Below the pieces are notes generated by a model, which had not been told where the DNA came from, searched no databases, and was given only the letters and a program-made list of their open reading frames with translations. From Lama guanicoe (lineage: Eukaryota): DNA of 64,000 bases. Shown here piece by piece: positions 37,950 through 49,745 of this stretch. The position numbers and the translations under genes are program-made. Location of the stretch: positions 12,041,175 through 12,105,174 of the forward strand of contig MU056000.1 in assembly GCA_013239625.1 (NCBI GenBank), written 5' to 3'. Positions within the stretch are counted from its first letter, which is position 1. Each line of letters begins with the position of its first letter.

Positions 37950-39399
37950 GGAGAGGGGGCTTTACTGGACAGGGTGGTCAGCGAAGGAATTTTGAGCGGA
38001 GACATAAATGAAGTAAGACAGCTGGTCATGTGACGTTCTGGAGGCAGGAGCATGCCGGGTGGAGGGGACAGCATGTGGGAAAATCATGCAACTAGACCCA
38101 GCTCGAAGGAGGAGGTTAAAACAAAGAGACCAGAGTGAGCCCGGGTGATTCACAATTATTAGTCACTGTTACCAAGCCAAGATTTGCTTCCTCACAGATT
38201 TTTGGCCATGCTCTGAATTACTGAGTTTGCCAAATAAGAATCAAATGGATAATTCATTATTATAATCTCACTTATAAAGCTTTAATTATATAACTCTCTT
38301 TGAAAAAAATAAATTCTTTCCTAAATATCCTGTGCCTCTTCAGACATATAGTTACACATTCTGATTTGTGTTCACTTGAAATTAGTGCAAAAAGCAGGAT
38401 TCCAAGGAAGAATGAATGCAGAACCACAGAACATGCATTGAGGCCAAGCTGTTCTGACCTGGCAATGAGCCCACACCTGGCACGGCAGCGGCAACTGGGA
38501 CTATGCTTGGTTGACTTGGCCGTAGTCACTGGATGTGTCTGGTTTTTGCAGGGTCCAGACTTGTGCATTAAAAGGCAACATGATGGGGGCCTCACCCTGC
38601 ATCCTCTTGTTCTTTAGGGATGACACTAATTTCTGCCTCCCCTCCCCTGGCCCCAGGGCACCATGTCAGTTTTGATTCGCTCTCTTGGCCATGGAGGAGA
38701 TTCATTTCAGAGCATTCTCCCAGGCCCTCTGCACTATGGTAGTCTGACCTTAAGCCAAGGAACCAATGTGAGGTTGTGCCACCACCAAGCATGTCACTTT
38801 CCATTGTACATTTGGGGTCTAGGGAAATGACCACCCGCTGGAGCCACAGACACGGTGGACATACTGCAGGTTGGATCTGGACCAGGTCTCCACTTATTCC
38901 CCTGCTCTAACAGAGGCCTGGGATGATGACTGGTGTCCCTGGGTATTCATGTTGACTAAGACCTTGTCCAGTAGTCATCAGAGTGCTTGGGGAATCTTCA
39001 GCGTGCAGTTTCCCACGAAGGTCCCTATGAGGAAGGACTGGGAGACCCAGGACCGCATACACTTGTGTGGTGTTGCATGCAAGATTCTGCCTACTGGGGA
39101 CACAGTCTTTTCTTTAGTCAGTGGGCCTGGTCCAAACACTGGCTCAGGTCTGGAAACTGGGCAAGGGGTTGTGACTTTTCACTGGGGTGGTGGCCCCTTA
39201 GTTTCCTGATCATTCATCCTTGACTTCCTCTGATTGTCCAGGTTGAGCAATCTCTTGTTGGCTACCCTCCTGTTTTGCATCTGGGGTGAAGTAACTCATA
39301 GGATTTTGAGTTAAGTCCCTTGAGTGTTCCTTTTTGGCTGGGGGAAGAGTTTTCTGTATTTGGGAGAAAGAGTCTTCATGAATAGTTCTTGTCCAGCAG

Positions 39400-39830
39400 G
39401 GCAGAGTGACAAAACAGCTAGCTGTCCACCAAAGCTTCACTCTCTCCTTATATAATGAAGAGTTGTTACTGAAAAGCCTGGAACTACATTTCCGGGCATC
39501 GTTTGCACATAAGCAACACTAGGTGAGTAGATCTGGCTAGAGGATTGTAAGCAGAAGTGACATCACTTCTAGGCTGGGGAGGAGAAAAGATTACATCCTT
39601 GTCCAGGCACCTCCCTCTCTGCCGTCTGTTTGTTTATGCCTAAGATGAGCTTGGAAGGTACATGCGGAAGGCGGAGCCTCCACCAGCCTGGACCTCCCCA
39701 TAACCACAGAATCAGAACCACCAGCCTCCCCACATTACACCCCTGCTGGACTGTTATGTAAGCGAGAAGTCATCTTTAGGGGTGTTAGGCAGTTGAAATG
39801 TCATTTGTTTGCTAAAGCAGACAGAATTAC
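39400..39830 (+). mobile_element. Old MLT1J/K-like LTR
   Basis: ACTACATTTCC, GTAAGCAGAAGTGA, GGACTGTTATGTAAGCGAGAA and TTTGTTTGCTAAAGCAG; boundaries approximate. Confidence 0.5.
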
Positions 39831-40349
39831 CCGAATGTATGCCCTCTATAAATTCTACATCACATCTACATTAAAGAAAATCGTTTGTCTGAAAGGATTT
39901 TTACCAGATTTGAAGGTATGTTTGTTGATGGTCTGACTCAGAGCACAGATTATGTGACATGTGTCCAATTCACTCTGAGAGGCCAGGGACGTTTTACAGA
40001 GCTGGGTGGTTGCTCTTTACCAGGACTGGAATGCAGTATAGTAAAATGCGATGTTAACACAGTCAGCACATACATGTTTTCTCTGTCCTCAATTTCTTAG
40101 TATAAGCAGTCATTTAAAATACAGGTCCCTGTGCTGTGTCCCTCTCATGGACCTCCTCAGGTGCCCTGGCCAGCAACCCCCCTACCCCCGGCCCAGGGCT
40201 CTCGGTGGCTTGTTTCACGTCAGCATCAAGCTGACGGGCCCCCCTGCAACCCCACAGTTTTCTGCCCCTTGACACTTACCTGTATCTGTATCTAGCCTCT
40301 CTGCATCCTCCTGCCACAGATTTAGAGGAAGTGCTCCCCCTACAGGGCG

Positions 40350-40820
40350 TGAGTATTAGTTTCCTATTGCTGATGTAAAAAGTTACCACAAACTCGGTTG
40401 TTTAGAACCACGTACGTTTATTTTATTTTTTTACAGTTCTGGATGTCAGATGTCTGCAGTGAGGCTCCCAGGGCTATGATTAAGGGGTCGGCAGGGCTGT
40501 TTCCTTCTGAGGACTCCAAGGGAAAATCCACTCCAGGCCTCTCCCAGCCTCTAGTGGCAGCCGGCATTCCTCGGCTTGGCTTGTGGTCCCTTCTTGGCAT
40601 CAGTCCAGCCTCTTGCTTCCTTCCCATCTCCTCCTGCTGACTCGGATCTCCCTACTCCTCATAAGGACACGCGATTACATTGGCCCACATGGATAGCCCA
40701 GAATAATCTCAAAATCCTCACTTTCATCACATCTGCCAACTCTTTTGCCATACAAGGTAACACACACAGGTCCTGGAGATTAGAATGGGGACATCCTGGG
40801 GGCTCTCACTTTGGGGGACA
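40350..40820 (-). mobile_element. MLT1B/C/D-like solo LTR
   Basis: GTATTAGTTTCCTATTGCTG...TTACCACAAACTCGG...TTACAGTTCTGGA...CACATCTGCCAACTCTTTTGCCATACAAGGTAACA. Confidence 0.75.
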
Positions 40821-41929
40821 TGGCTTCCTACATGGTTTTTAAAGGCACCAGATGACCTGGAAAGGTGAGGGAGCTGACTCCTGACCTGGGGAAATTCAAC
40901 CAACTGGAACCAGGAGGCAGGACCTAGCCAGAAAGAGAATTTTCTTTTCTTTCCTCTCCCTGGAGGAGGGCTCTGAGGCAGAATTTCCCCAGAGACCCTG
41001 GGCAGAGACATCCCAAGTGGCCACAGAGAGGTTCCCACTGAGTACCCGGCTGGGTCGCTTGGTGGCTCATAGCCGCCAGCACGGTGATATGGCACTTTGC
41101 CTTGTTTCCGGTCCTTCTCTGCCTCGCTCCCATATCCCTGCTGCCCCAGGAATGCACTTCCCAAAGCATCAACAGGTAACCTCTGCCTTGAGCTCTGTTC
41201 TCTGGGGAATCTCAGCTGGGATGGCCCCCAAACCGAAAGTCACCATTTCTCCTGCATTTATTTAAGAAATAATTACTGAGTACCTACTATGCTCAGACAC
41301 GGTTCTAGTCACCAGAGTGACAGTAATACAAACGAAAAGATGTCTGCTCTCAGTCAGAGCTTCCATTCTAACTGGAAAAGATGTACAATAAACAGATAAG
41401 AAAATATCATTTAGTGGCAAGCGCTATTTAAAACATGCTGGTGCCATAAAGACTGGCTATTTTATACCCAGTGGTGAGGAAAAGCCTCTCTAGGGAGGTG
41501 ACATTTAAGCCGAGATCTGAATGACCAAGAGTCATTTGTGCAGAATCAGAGGAAGGAGAGGTGCCCTGAATGACAGATACCAATTTGCCACCTCACATGG
41601 AGGATTCTGGGCATCAGGCTCCGGTTGAAGAACAGCAGAAATTTATTTCTAAAAAATTCATGATTTTACCAAGCAACAGAAGGACAAATGGTTTAAAATA
41701 CAACATAAACATTTCAAGCAGAGGCTCTCTACTAACCAATAAATGAGACTTTCTCTTTGACGTGAAGGGATGTATTTTATTTCAGAAATTAGTTTGGTTT
41801 CTTTTGCACTAAGCATCATTTAAGAGGAAGGACCATGTAATGAGGTGATGAGACTAGCTTCCTTGCCTGTGTAATAAATTGAGTTATAAACCCATTTCCT
41901 TCTGTCTCTGACATTTTTGTTTCTAGGAT

Positions 41930-42899
41930 TAACTGGTGGACGTTCGGTGCCTTAGGCATCTCTCTCCAGCACTGGGGCTGTTGGGCTCCAAAATCTCATG
42001 TCTCAAGAATTAAGCAAAAGATTGAGGTGTCCCTTTTCATGACTTGGCTTTGGGAGCTGAACAGTATCTGCTTGGTCACATTCTATTTGTTAAGAGGAGG
42101 GGAGAATCAGATGCCACCTTCTCATGGGAAGGTCATCAGCGAATCTGTGGATTTGTTTAAAGCCACCAGAATAGGTGCCCTGGCCCAAATCATTGACATT
42201 TCTCCTTCCTGCATTTCTGAGCTCCAGCTGAGACGTGGTACCAGTTCTGTGCTTAGGACTCAGTTCCACTAACTGGGAATCATTCTCCACGGGTTCTTGG
42301 ATCTATCTTCAGAGTCCTCCCTCGTTCACAAATATCACGGATTAGTGACTGTAACGTGCGTCCCACTTCCCCGTTTTGAATTAGTGTCTACAGCAGTTAT
42401 CTTATGCCAGTACCATTATTGTCCATGGAGAACAGAAGACTTGTTCCTTTCATACATACATCCTCCAATCAACAAGAATTTAATCAATGAGCTGTATTTC
42501 GGGCACTCCACCCAAGGAACCTCATTTACCCCAGAGCTTGATTTAGATGATAAGATCCTGGGCCTCCAGCCTGAACCTGATGCCTCAATAGATAAGACTT
42601 TGGTCATGAAGGGTGGTTTAAAGCTAGCAGCTGGGATGGTCCATGTGGGGCTTGGCTATCTCTATGTGGCCTCCTTACCCCATCTTTTTAGCCTGGCAGC
42701 TTCAGGTTAGGGGGACTTCTTTCACGTCAGCTCAGAGTGCCTAAGGTGTGTGTCCCAAGAGAAAGAGCAGGCAGAGCTGACCTGGCCTTGTGAGCCAGGC
42801 AGGATCACTTCTGCCACATTCTGTTCATTACAAGTGGAGTCACTATGGCTGGTCCTTATTCGCAGGAATGAGACTCCACCTTTTTACCGGATGATGATC
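41930..42899. mobile_element. Mixed MaLR LTR and internal fragments
   Basis: TTGATTTAGATGATAAGATCCTGG (MLT1-int-like) and ATCACTTCTGCCACATTCTGTT (MLT1 LTR-like); boundaries uncertain. Confidence 0.45.
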
Positions 42900-42920
42900 A
42901 AGAAGTTGCTGCATATTTTA

Positions 42921-43491
42921 TTATTTTCTTATTGCACTACAGTCAGTTACAATGTGTCAATTTCTGGTGTGCAGCTTAATGTTTCAGTCATACACATACA
43001 TACATATATTTGTTTTCATATTCTTTTTCATTATAGGTTACTACAAGATATTGAATATAGTTCCCTGTGCTATACAGAAGAAATTTGTTTTTTTAAGCTA
43101 TTTTATATATAATTGTTAATATTAGCAATTCTCGAACTCCCAATTTATCCCCTCCCACTCCCTTTCCCTCTGGTAACCATAGGTTTACCATGTCTGTAAG
43201 GCTGTTTCTATTTTGTAGGTAAGTTCATTAGTGTCTTTTTTCTTTTTTTTAGATTCCACACATAAGTGATATATGGTATTTTTCTCTTTCTGGCTTACTT
43301 CACTTAGAATGATGATCTCCAAGTCCAACCATGTTGCTGCAAATGGCATTCTTTTATTCTTTTTTATGACTGAGTAGTATTCCATTGTATAAATATACCA
43401 CAGGTTTTTTTTATCTAGTCATCTGTAGGTGGACATTTAGATTGTTTCTATGTCCTGGCTTCTGTATATAGTACTGCTATGAACATTGGGG
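42921..43491 (-). mobile_element. 5'-truncated LINE-1 3' end
   Basis: ORF 43185-43385 reads MEYYSVIKKNKRMPFAATWLDLEIIILSEVSQKEK. TSD AAGAAGTTGCTG(CA/TG)TATTTTA at 42900-42920 and 43492-43512. Confidence 0.92.
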
Positions 43492-44001
43492 AAGAAGTTG
43501 CTGTGTATTTTAAAACTACCAAACACCCTAAGCTGCAAGAGAGGCTAGAAAATATATTCTGTAGCTCAGGATCCACTGCAGCTAAAACTTAGGGGAATTT
43601 TATTGCTAAAAGATAAAAGGAGAGAATGGACAGATTATCAGGGGGATGTTTAGCAGTCTCTGCAACAGGCAGCTTTGCAGAGGAATTAAGATCTGAAGCA
43701 GGTGGTCATGGATGAAGAAAACATGAACAGGGAGAAAGGTCATGTCAGGCAAGAGAAGAGCATGAGCAGACACACAGAAAGGATGATATGGGCATATGTA
43801 TTTACATTAAGAATGCACATCTAGTTACAGGAAGCGGTGGTGGGATGGGGGTAAACTATGCCACATGGAATGGATTTGGCCATAAAATATTGAGGAAGTA
43901 TTTGGGTTTTAGTATAGCTTTGTGGTAAGTGCAAGATTCCAGAGTCAGATGAACCTGGATTAGAATTCTCTGTCCATTGTCGTTTTGTGTTTTTTAGCCA
44001 G

Positions 44002-44515
44002 TGTGGGAGATTACAAAAATGGCCACCATTCTCCAACCTCTTGTTGAGTGACTTTGCAGCTACTTCCATCAAGCTATGGAGTCTGTTTCTCCGTCTCTTG
44101 GCTCTGGTCTGGCACTGGACCTTGCTTTAGCCAGTAGAATGTGGCAGAATTAACAATGCGCAGTTTTGAACTTAAGCCTCAAGAGGGCTTTACCTGTCCC
44201 CACTAGCTTTCTTGAGACCTTGCCAAATCTGTGAATCAGCCAACGCTAGCTATGTGTGGGATGAGAGACCCCATGGGGCAGAGCTCAACCATCCCATCTG
44301 AGGCCCCAGCCACAGGAGAAAGCCAAGGCTAGATCAGTGAAGACGACTGGCTGCAGCTGCCCTGCAGAGTCATGAGCGAGACTTGCAAGGGGACGGCCCA
44401 GCTGAGTCCAGCTGATCCCAGCTCAAACTGCTCCCCCTGGAGAATCATAATTAAAGGATTGTTGCTTAGGCACTGGATTTTGGAGTGATTTGTTATACAG
44501 CAAAGCCGCTACAGC
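44002..44515 (+). mobile_element. MLT1F/H-like solo LTR
   Basis: TGTGGGAGATTACAAAAATGGCCACC...CCATCAAGCTATGGAGTCTGTTTCTCC...TTTTGGAGTGATTTGTTATACAGCAA. Confidence 0.7.
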
Positions 44516-45574
44516 TAAAGAAATTGCTTTCTAAATCCAGATATCCTCGACACAAAATAGGTTTTCCAGCACCTGCATCATGGCTACCGGGAGGACTCAA
44601 GACGATCATAGTGAGCCTGGAACCAAGCTTGAACCATAATATGTGCTGAGCAAATGGCAGCTGATGCCACTGGTCCCGTCAGAGAGACGGCCAAGGAAAA
44701 ATAGCAAAAGGAGAGGCTAAAAAGCAATTACTTAGAAATCCACACTCTGCTCCCTTTTGCTTCCTGGATTTTGTTTGTTTGTTCCACCAGCATGTGCCTA
44801 CGCTATCACAAATCTGCATTTTTGGGGGCTCATTATTCACCTTTGAAAACTCTTCTTGCATTCTTGTTTTCTGGACCCTTGAACACATGCAATGGTCTGT
44901 ATACTCTCGCTATGGTACAGTCAACCTCCTGTTTCACCTGTTTCTGTATTTTATTTCCAACTAGGCTCTGAATACAGTCCTTACGTTTCCTTTGTAAACT
45001 GCACAGAGATAGTGCTTTTGCTTTTTTATCCAAACAGCAAGAATTTAATGAACACTTAGTAAATTAAAGTCAATTAAATTTTGTTATGGTTGGTGTTATT
45101 TTATCTCTAATCACGAGACTTACTCAGTTTTCTCAGTATCAAGTCACTAAGTAAACTCATGGAGAACAATGCCCCCAAGAGATCAGAGTTACAGGAATAA
45201 TTCATTTCCTCTCCTGGTGTGTCAGTGTGACAGGAGGGAGTGGTGACAACTCCAATCTGGCAACTGGTTCCCACCAAGCAAATGCCTGGGTGCCTCAGCA
45301 GCCACACACCCTGTTTATGTCTCAAACTGCTAATCAGCTCTGATCCTGTTATTACTTGAAGGAGAAAATAAAAGTTCCTGGGAAAACTAAAGATAGGAAC
45401 CAATTATATACTTTGAGAACATCTTTAATTATCCCACATCATTTTTCCTTCACTCAAAATGTTTCAGGCTTTCTAAGCACCTTTTTTTTTTTTTAAACTT
45501 CCTTTAGAGGTTTTTCCTCTGAATAAGATCATGCCAATTTTTACTGACAAATTATGCACTGAGGTATCCCTCCC

Positions 45575-45775
45575 GCTATGCAGGACCCGGCTCCTACCAG
45601 CTTCAGGGAGCCCGCCACGCATCTTGTTTCAACTCTGTGTTCAGCAATGTCACCTTGGAGCTTGAAATCAGCCACGGTGGGAATACAACCATCATGAAAA
45701 CCAGCAAACAATACCAAGGGGGACCATTTCTTCCTGGAGAGTCCGTTGATGAACGTCTGCCAGCCCAACACTGCT
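45575..45775. mobile_element. hAT-type DNA transposon remnant (MER63-like)
   Basis: CCGGCTCCTACCAGCT...AGCTTGAAATCAGCCACGGTGGGA...GAGAGTCCGTTG...CCAGCCCAACACTG; family assigned from memory. Confidence 0.5.
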
Positions 45776-46638
45776 GCTGGCGAGTGCTCCACTCCGGTGT
45801 CTGGGAATTACAGCTCTTGTCATCCTGAGTTCAGACACAGGGTTTCACCAGGAAACGCCAGGGTCACCTTCCCACTGCTGGGTAGGAGACTGATAAAAGG
45901 GGGACGAGTAGAAGAGGGATATATTTGGATTTGTGTTTCATAAGAAAATCCCTCTGGGGTCTGGTCTGTGGAGAAAAGCATATCTGGGTGGGGAGCAGGT
46001 GGGGGGCATCAACGTGAAAGCATGGCGACCAATGAAGATGCTATCTGGGGCTAGCGCCAGGGAGCCAAAGCATGGCTTCCGACGACTTTTGCCCTGACAC
46101 GTGCCCCACACCATCTGCACCTCCACACCTGTGCTTGTGCCCCACCCCAATCCTAGTCACAGCGACCTACCTGCTTTGGGCACCTGGAACACTTCTTCCT
46201 TGAAACTCACCTGACCCTTGCCGTGTCACCTTGTTTGGCCATTTAGTATCTTCAAGTGCATTTGTCTAATCCCCATAGCAACTTCTTGAGGGGCCTGGGA
46301 TGGGACTGGTCCACTACATTTGGCTAAGCAGTATTCCCGGCAGGCACTATTCTGGATTTCTTGGAACGTGGGGAGAAAGAAGTTTCTGTTCTGGAGAAGC
46401 TCTCATCACAATTTGGGGACTGATCAAGAAGAAATCAGAAGTGATTGCTAAGCCAATCTGTGCTGATGAGAAATGCAGGGAGGGAGGTCAGGGAGATCAT
46501 TTGAAATAGTGGACAAGAAACATGAAGCAACCATCTCAAAACTGGGAACTGTATTCCTTACCTAACACGTGGAATCAAAATTCTAACTATTGCCAATAAT
46601 TGGTTACAAAGGAGATAAACTTCTATTTCTACCTAAAA

Positions 46639-46856
46639 CAAGGGTTCACAAACCCTATCTATAAAGGACCAGAGAGTAAATATCTTCAGCTTTGCAGGAG
46701 GTCCTGTCACAACTGGTCAACTCTGCTGTCGTAGGGCAGTCACACCTATAGACACCACACAGATCAACGGGGAGAGACCTGTTCCAATAAAACTTAATTC
46801 ACATAAGCAGATGGCAGGTTAGCTTTGGCCCCTTGGCTGAAGTTTCCTGACCCTTT
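46639..46856. mobile_element. MER58A-like hAT-Charlie MITE
   Basis: CAAGGGTTCACAAAC...GTTCCAATAAAACTT...AGTTTCCTGACCCTT, with a perfect 8-bp TSD ACCTAAAA (46631-46638, 46857-46864). Confidence 0.85.
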
Positions 46857-48269
46857 ACCTAAAAGATCAAAATTGTACACTTTGAAAATGGCAAAGCCAA
46901 ACCTAGAATCCAAGTCCAATACTTTCCAGCATATCAGGGTGCTTTTCTTGGTTGCATGAAAGACATAAACATGCTGATTCAGCTTAGTTTTACATCTACC
47001 TGTTTTGTTCCCCATTAGATAATAAGCTTTCGGTGGGTGAGGATTTTCATGCTCTTTAAAGCACGTATTTTTATACCCAGTAGACAAAACTTTCCCAGGC
47101 TATATCAAAGATCCCAATGGATGAGAGAGATAATACAGAATTTTACTACAGCATACATGTGATCTCAACTTACAGTGCTGAGTAAAAAGTCTTATAAATA
47201 AAAAAGTGTTTTCTTTCTTAGATTTCTAAACTCTTTTTAGAGAGAAATTAAATGAACTTTTTAAAGCTGTCTGGGACACTAAAAAAGAATAAGGAATCTC
47301 TATAGGTACTCTGTGGAATCATACCTAAAATATTCTGGGAATAAAGCAAAGCACAGAAGAATTTATCCTTTTATGTGTTTTAAAAAAAATACATAAAAGG
47401 AGAAGGGGATGGAGATATATATGTGAGTATATATTTGAAATACTTTTGAAAGGATATTCAAGAAAATGGTAAAAAAAATAGTTGTTTGCGGGGTAAATTG
47501 GGGGATCACGGCTGGGAGGAAAAGGAACTTTACTCCTACTGTTTGAATGAAAAAACCCCACCTATTCTCTTCCAAGAGAATTAAAAATTAAAACAAGCAA
47601 AAAATCAACTAGGTGTGCACATAAGTCTGCAGTCATGTCATGTTTCCTATTGATGCCTTTCTCTGTACTACGCACAGACATTCAGAATTATTCCACTGGC
47701 CACATTCAAAACTATTAATATCACAAATGACTGCATGTCAATCTGGTGAAATCAGAATAAACCCTGTGGATGGTGGAAACTCTGACAAGGCCACTCCCGG
47801 ACACAAGCCGAGGTGGGAGTGAGTGGTAAGAGGAACTTACCAGGGTGGGGAACTGGTGCTGCTCACTGAGACCCACGGCCCCAGCTGGTTCGTTGGGTCA
47901 GTCAGGTGCTCAACAAGCTACCATGTATTCCGCTCACGGAGACGCGGGCTACAAGCGGGTGGAGAACCCTGACTCCATGATTTTGGGTCTCAGCAATAGG
48001 AGATGATCTGACATCCGCACTTCAAGTCCTTAGATCTCTGTGATTTCACTGATCTTGTCTTTCACCTTCTCAGCTTCTTTAGAGCCACGTTCTGTGTTTC
48101 AAAAAGCAGCTGAGATGTCTACAGGTTTGTTTTTAGACCTAGTGATCAAGTGCATGAAACACACAGCCTCGACTCTTTGAAGCCAAAAGCATTAAACCCA
48201 AAACACAACAAAAACACCACCAAGAAGCCCATTTGGTATTCAGAGCCAGCCCAATAAAGAAAATATACT

Positions 48270-49643
48270 GCACGTTAGCTAATATCTTTTATTGTCAGAC
48301 TTTGAGCCAACAAACAATGACTCCACATGGCTGTCTGCAGGGATAAGGCAAATTTCTTTTCGCTTTGTGGGTAGACTTAGTTGGCCTAAGTCTTTACAAC
48401 TTTTCTGTATAAAAATAGAAGTCCAAGACCAGATTATTTCTCCTCTGGTCATAAATGCTGATTTATTTACAGGGGCCTCATTCAGACCACCATTATAAAC
48501 TTGGGGTAAAATACGTGTGTATTTTATTAAAGCCTCAATATTGAATGTCTGGGTTCTTTAAAGATTCGCTCACGTGTTCCACTTTCAGAGAAGGCAGCAT
48601 CTTTCCTCTGAATTCAAACGTGATCATGTCACAATCTACCCAGAGTGATATGAACTAACCTTCAAGGAAACATTTTTTAGCTTATATCTCTTAGAAACTA
48701 GAGACTCCAAAATGACTTCATACAGTTCTAAAAACAGCCCTGGGGCCCGCTGTTTAAGAGTGGTTTATAAATAGTTACTTGAAGGCTGTGTATCTGTTTA
48801 TAATACAGCAGACACAGACTGCAGATGTTGCTACCTGTAAAACAAAAGTTGACTCAAAATGGGGCTTTCGAAATACAGCGAAGACAGGAAAATCCAGGAT
48901 TCTGGTTTTTTAATAAAACCACCTTGGAAAGGTGACGACTCTTATGCTGAACCACTCAGATGTAGACGTTACACCATTGCACATCCTCTTTCCCTTTGCT
49001 TTCAATGCTCGTGGAACAGTGATTAAAGTGATGGGTTTATGAACACATGCATGCACAGGCAGGCACATACACTTAAAAGATGAGACAAAGAGAAAAAGTT
49101 ACTGCATGTCCCCGCGAGGAAGGCTGCCCGCAGCACTCCAACTAAAATAGACTGTCCCCTCGCTCTCCCTCCGCCCCCTCCCCCCACTCCCTCACCTTCC
49201 CGCCAAGGGGAAATCAGGCTGGGAGGTTAGTGCAGAAGTGATGGATAAATGCTGTCCCCCCACCCCCAAGCTTAGTCAGTCTCCCCCAGAAGGGGGGTTA
49301 GCATCTCCCTTCAGTAGCACAGTTAAGGTGGATTAGCGTTTGTTCCACAAGTTAAGGCACTTCTGGCTGCTTTGGTGGCAGCGTGGGTTTCATTTCCTCT
49401 CTTTTTAAGGCCTGGGTCATCTAAGAGAAGTAAAGCTTTGGAAATCGGGTTAAGGTTGACAGCTTAATGCACGATCACTGGCGGGGACAGGGCGAAAGGT
49501 CCCCGAGACACCTCCCTCCAACGAGGGGCTTCCAGGAAGCCTGGGCAGCCCCGCTTCGGGCTCCAGGCGCCAGCGCCGGCTGAGCACTCGTGACCAGGGG
49601 CGGCGCGGGGAGACGCTGAGTTCACGTGGGCTCGCGGCCGCCT
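48270..49643 (-). other. MYO10: MYO10 3' UTR (to the proximal poly(A) region; end approximate)
   Basis: Follows the TGA stop. No repeats recognised. Minus-strand AATAAA at 48523-48528 and 48288-48293. Confidence 0.7.
48288..48293 (-). terminator. MYO10: Polyadenylation signal AATAAA, likely the main MYO10 PAS
   Basis: AATAAA on the mRNA strand, followed ~20 nt later by CA and a U-rich TATATTTTCTTTATT downstream element. Confidence 0.65.
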
Positions 49644-49745
49644 TCACCTGGAGCTGCCCTGGCTGCTCACGGAGCGCGACGCGCTGTAGCGCTTCTTCAC
49701 GATCATGCTGATGTAGGCTTTCATGAGCTTGGCCACGTCCACTAC
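49644..49745 (-). CDS. MYO10: Myosin-X terminal coding exon (end of FERM domain)
   Basis: VVDVAKLMKAYISMIVKKRYSASRSVSSQGSSR*; CAG acceptor; phase 0. Confidence 0.95.
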   Translation of the reverse strand, partial: VVDVAKLMKAYISMIVKKRYSASRSVSSQGSSR

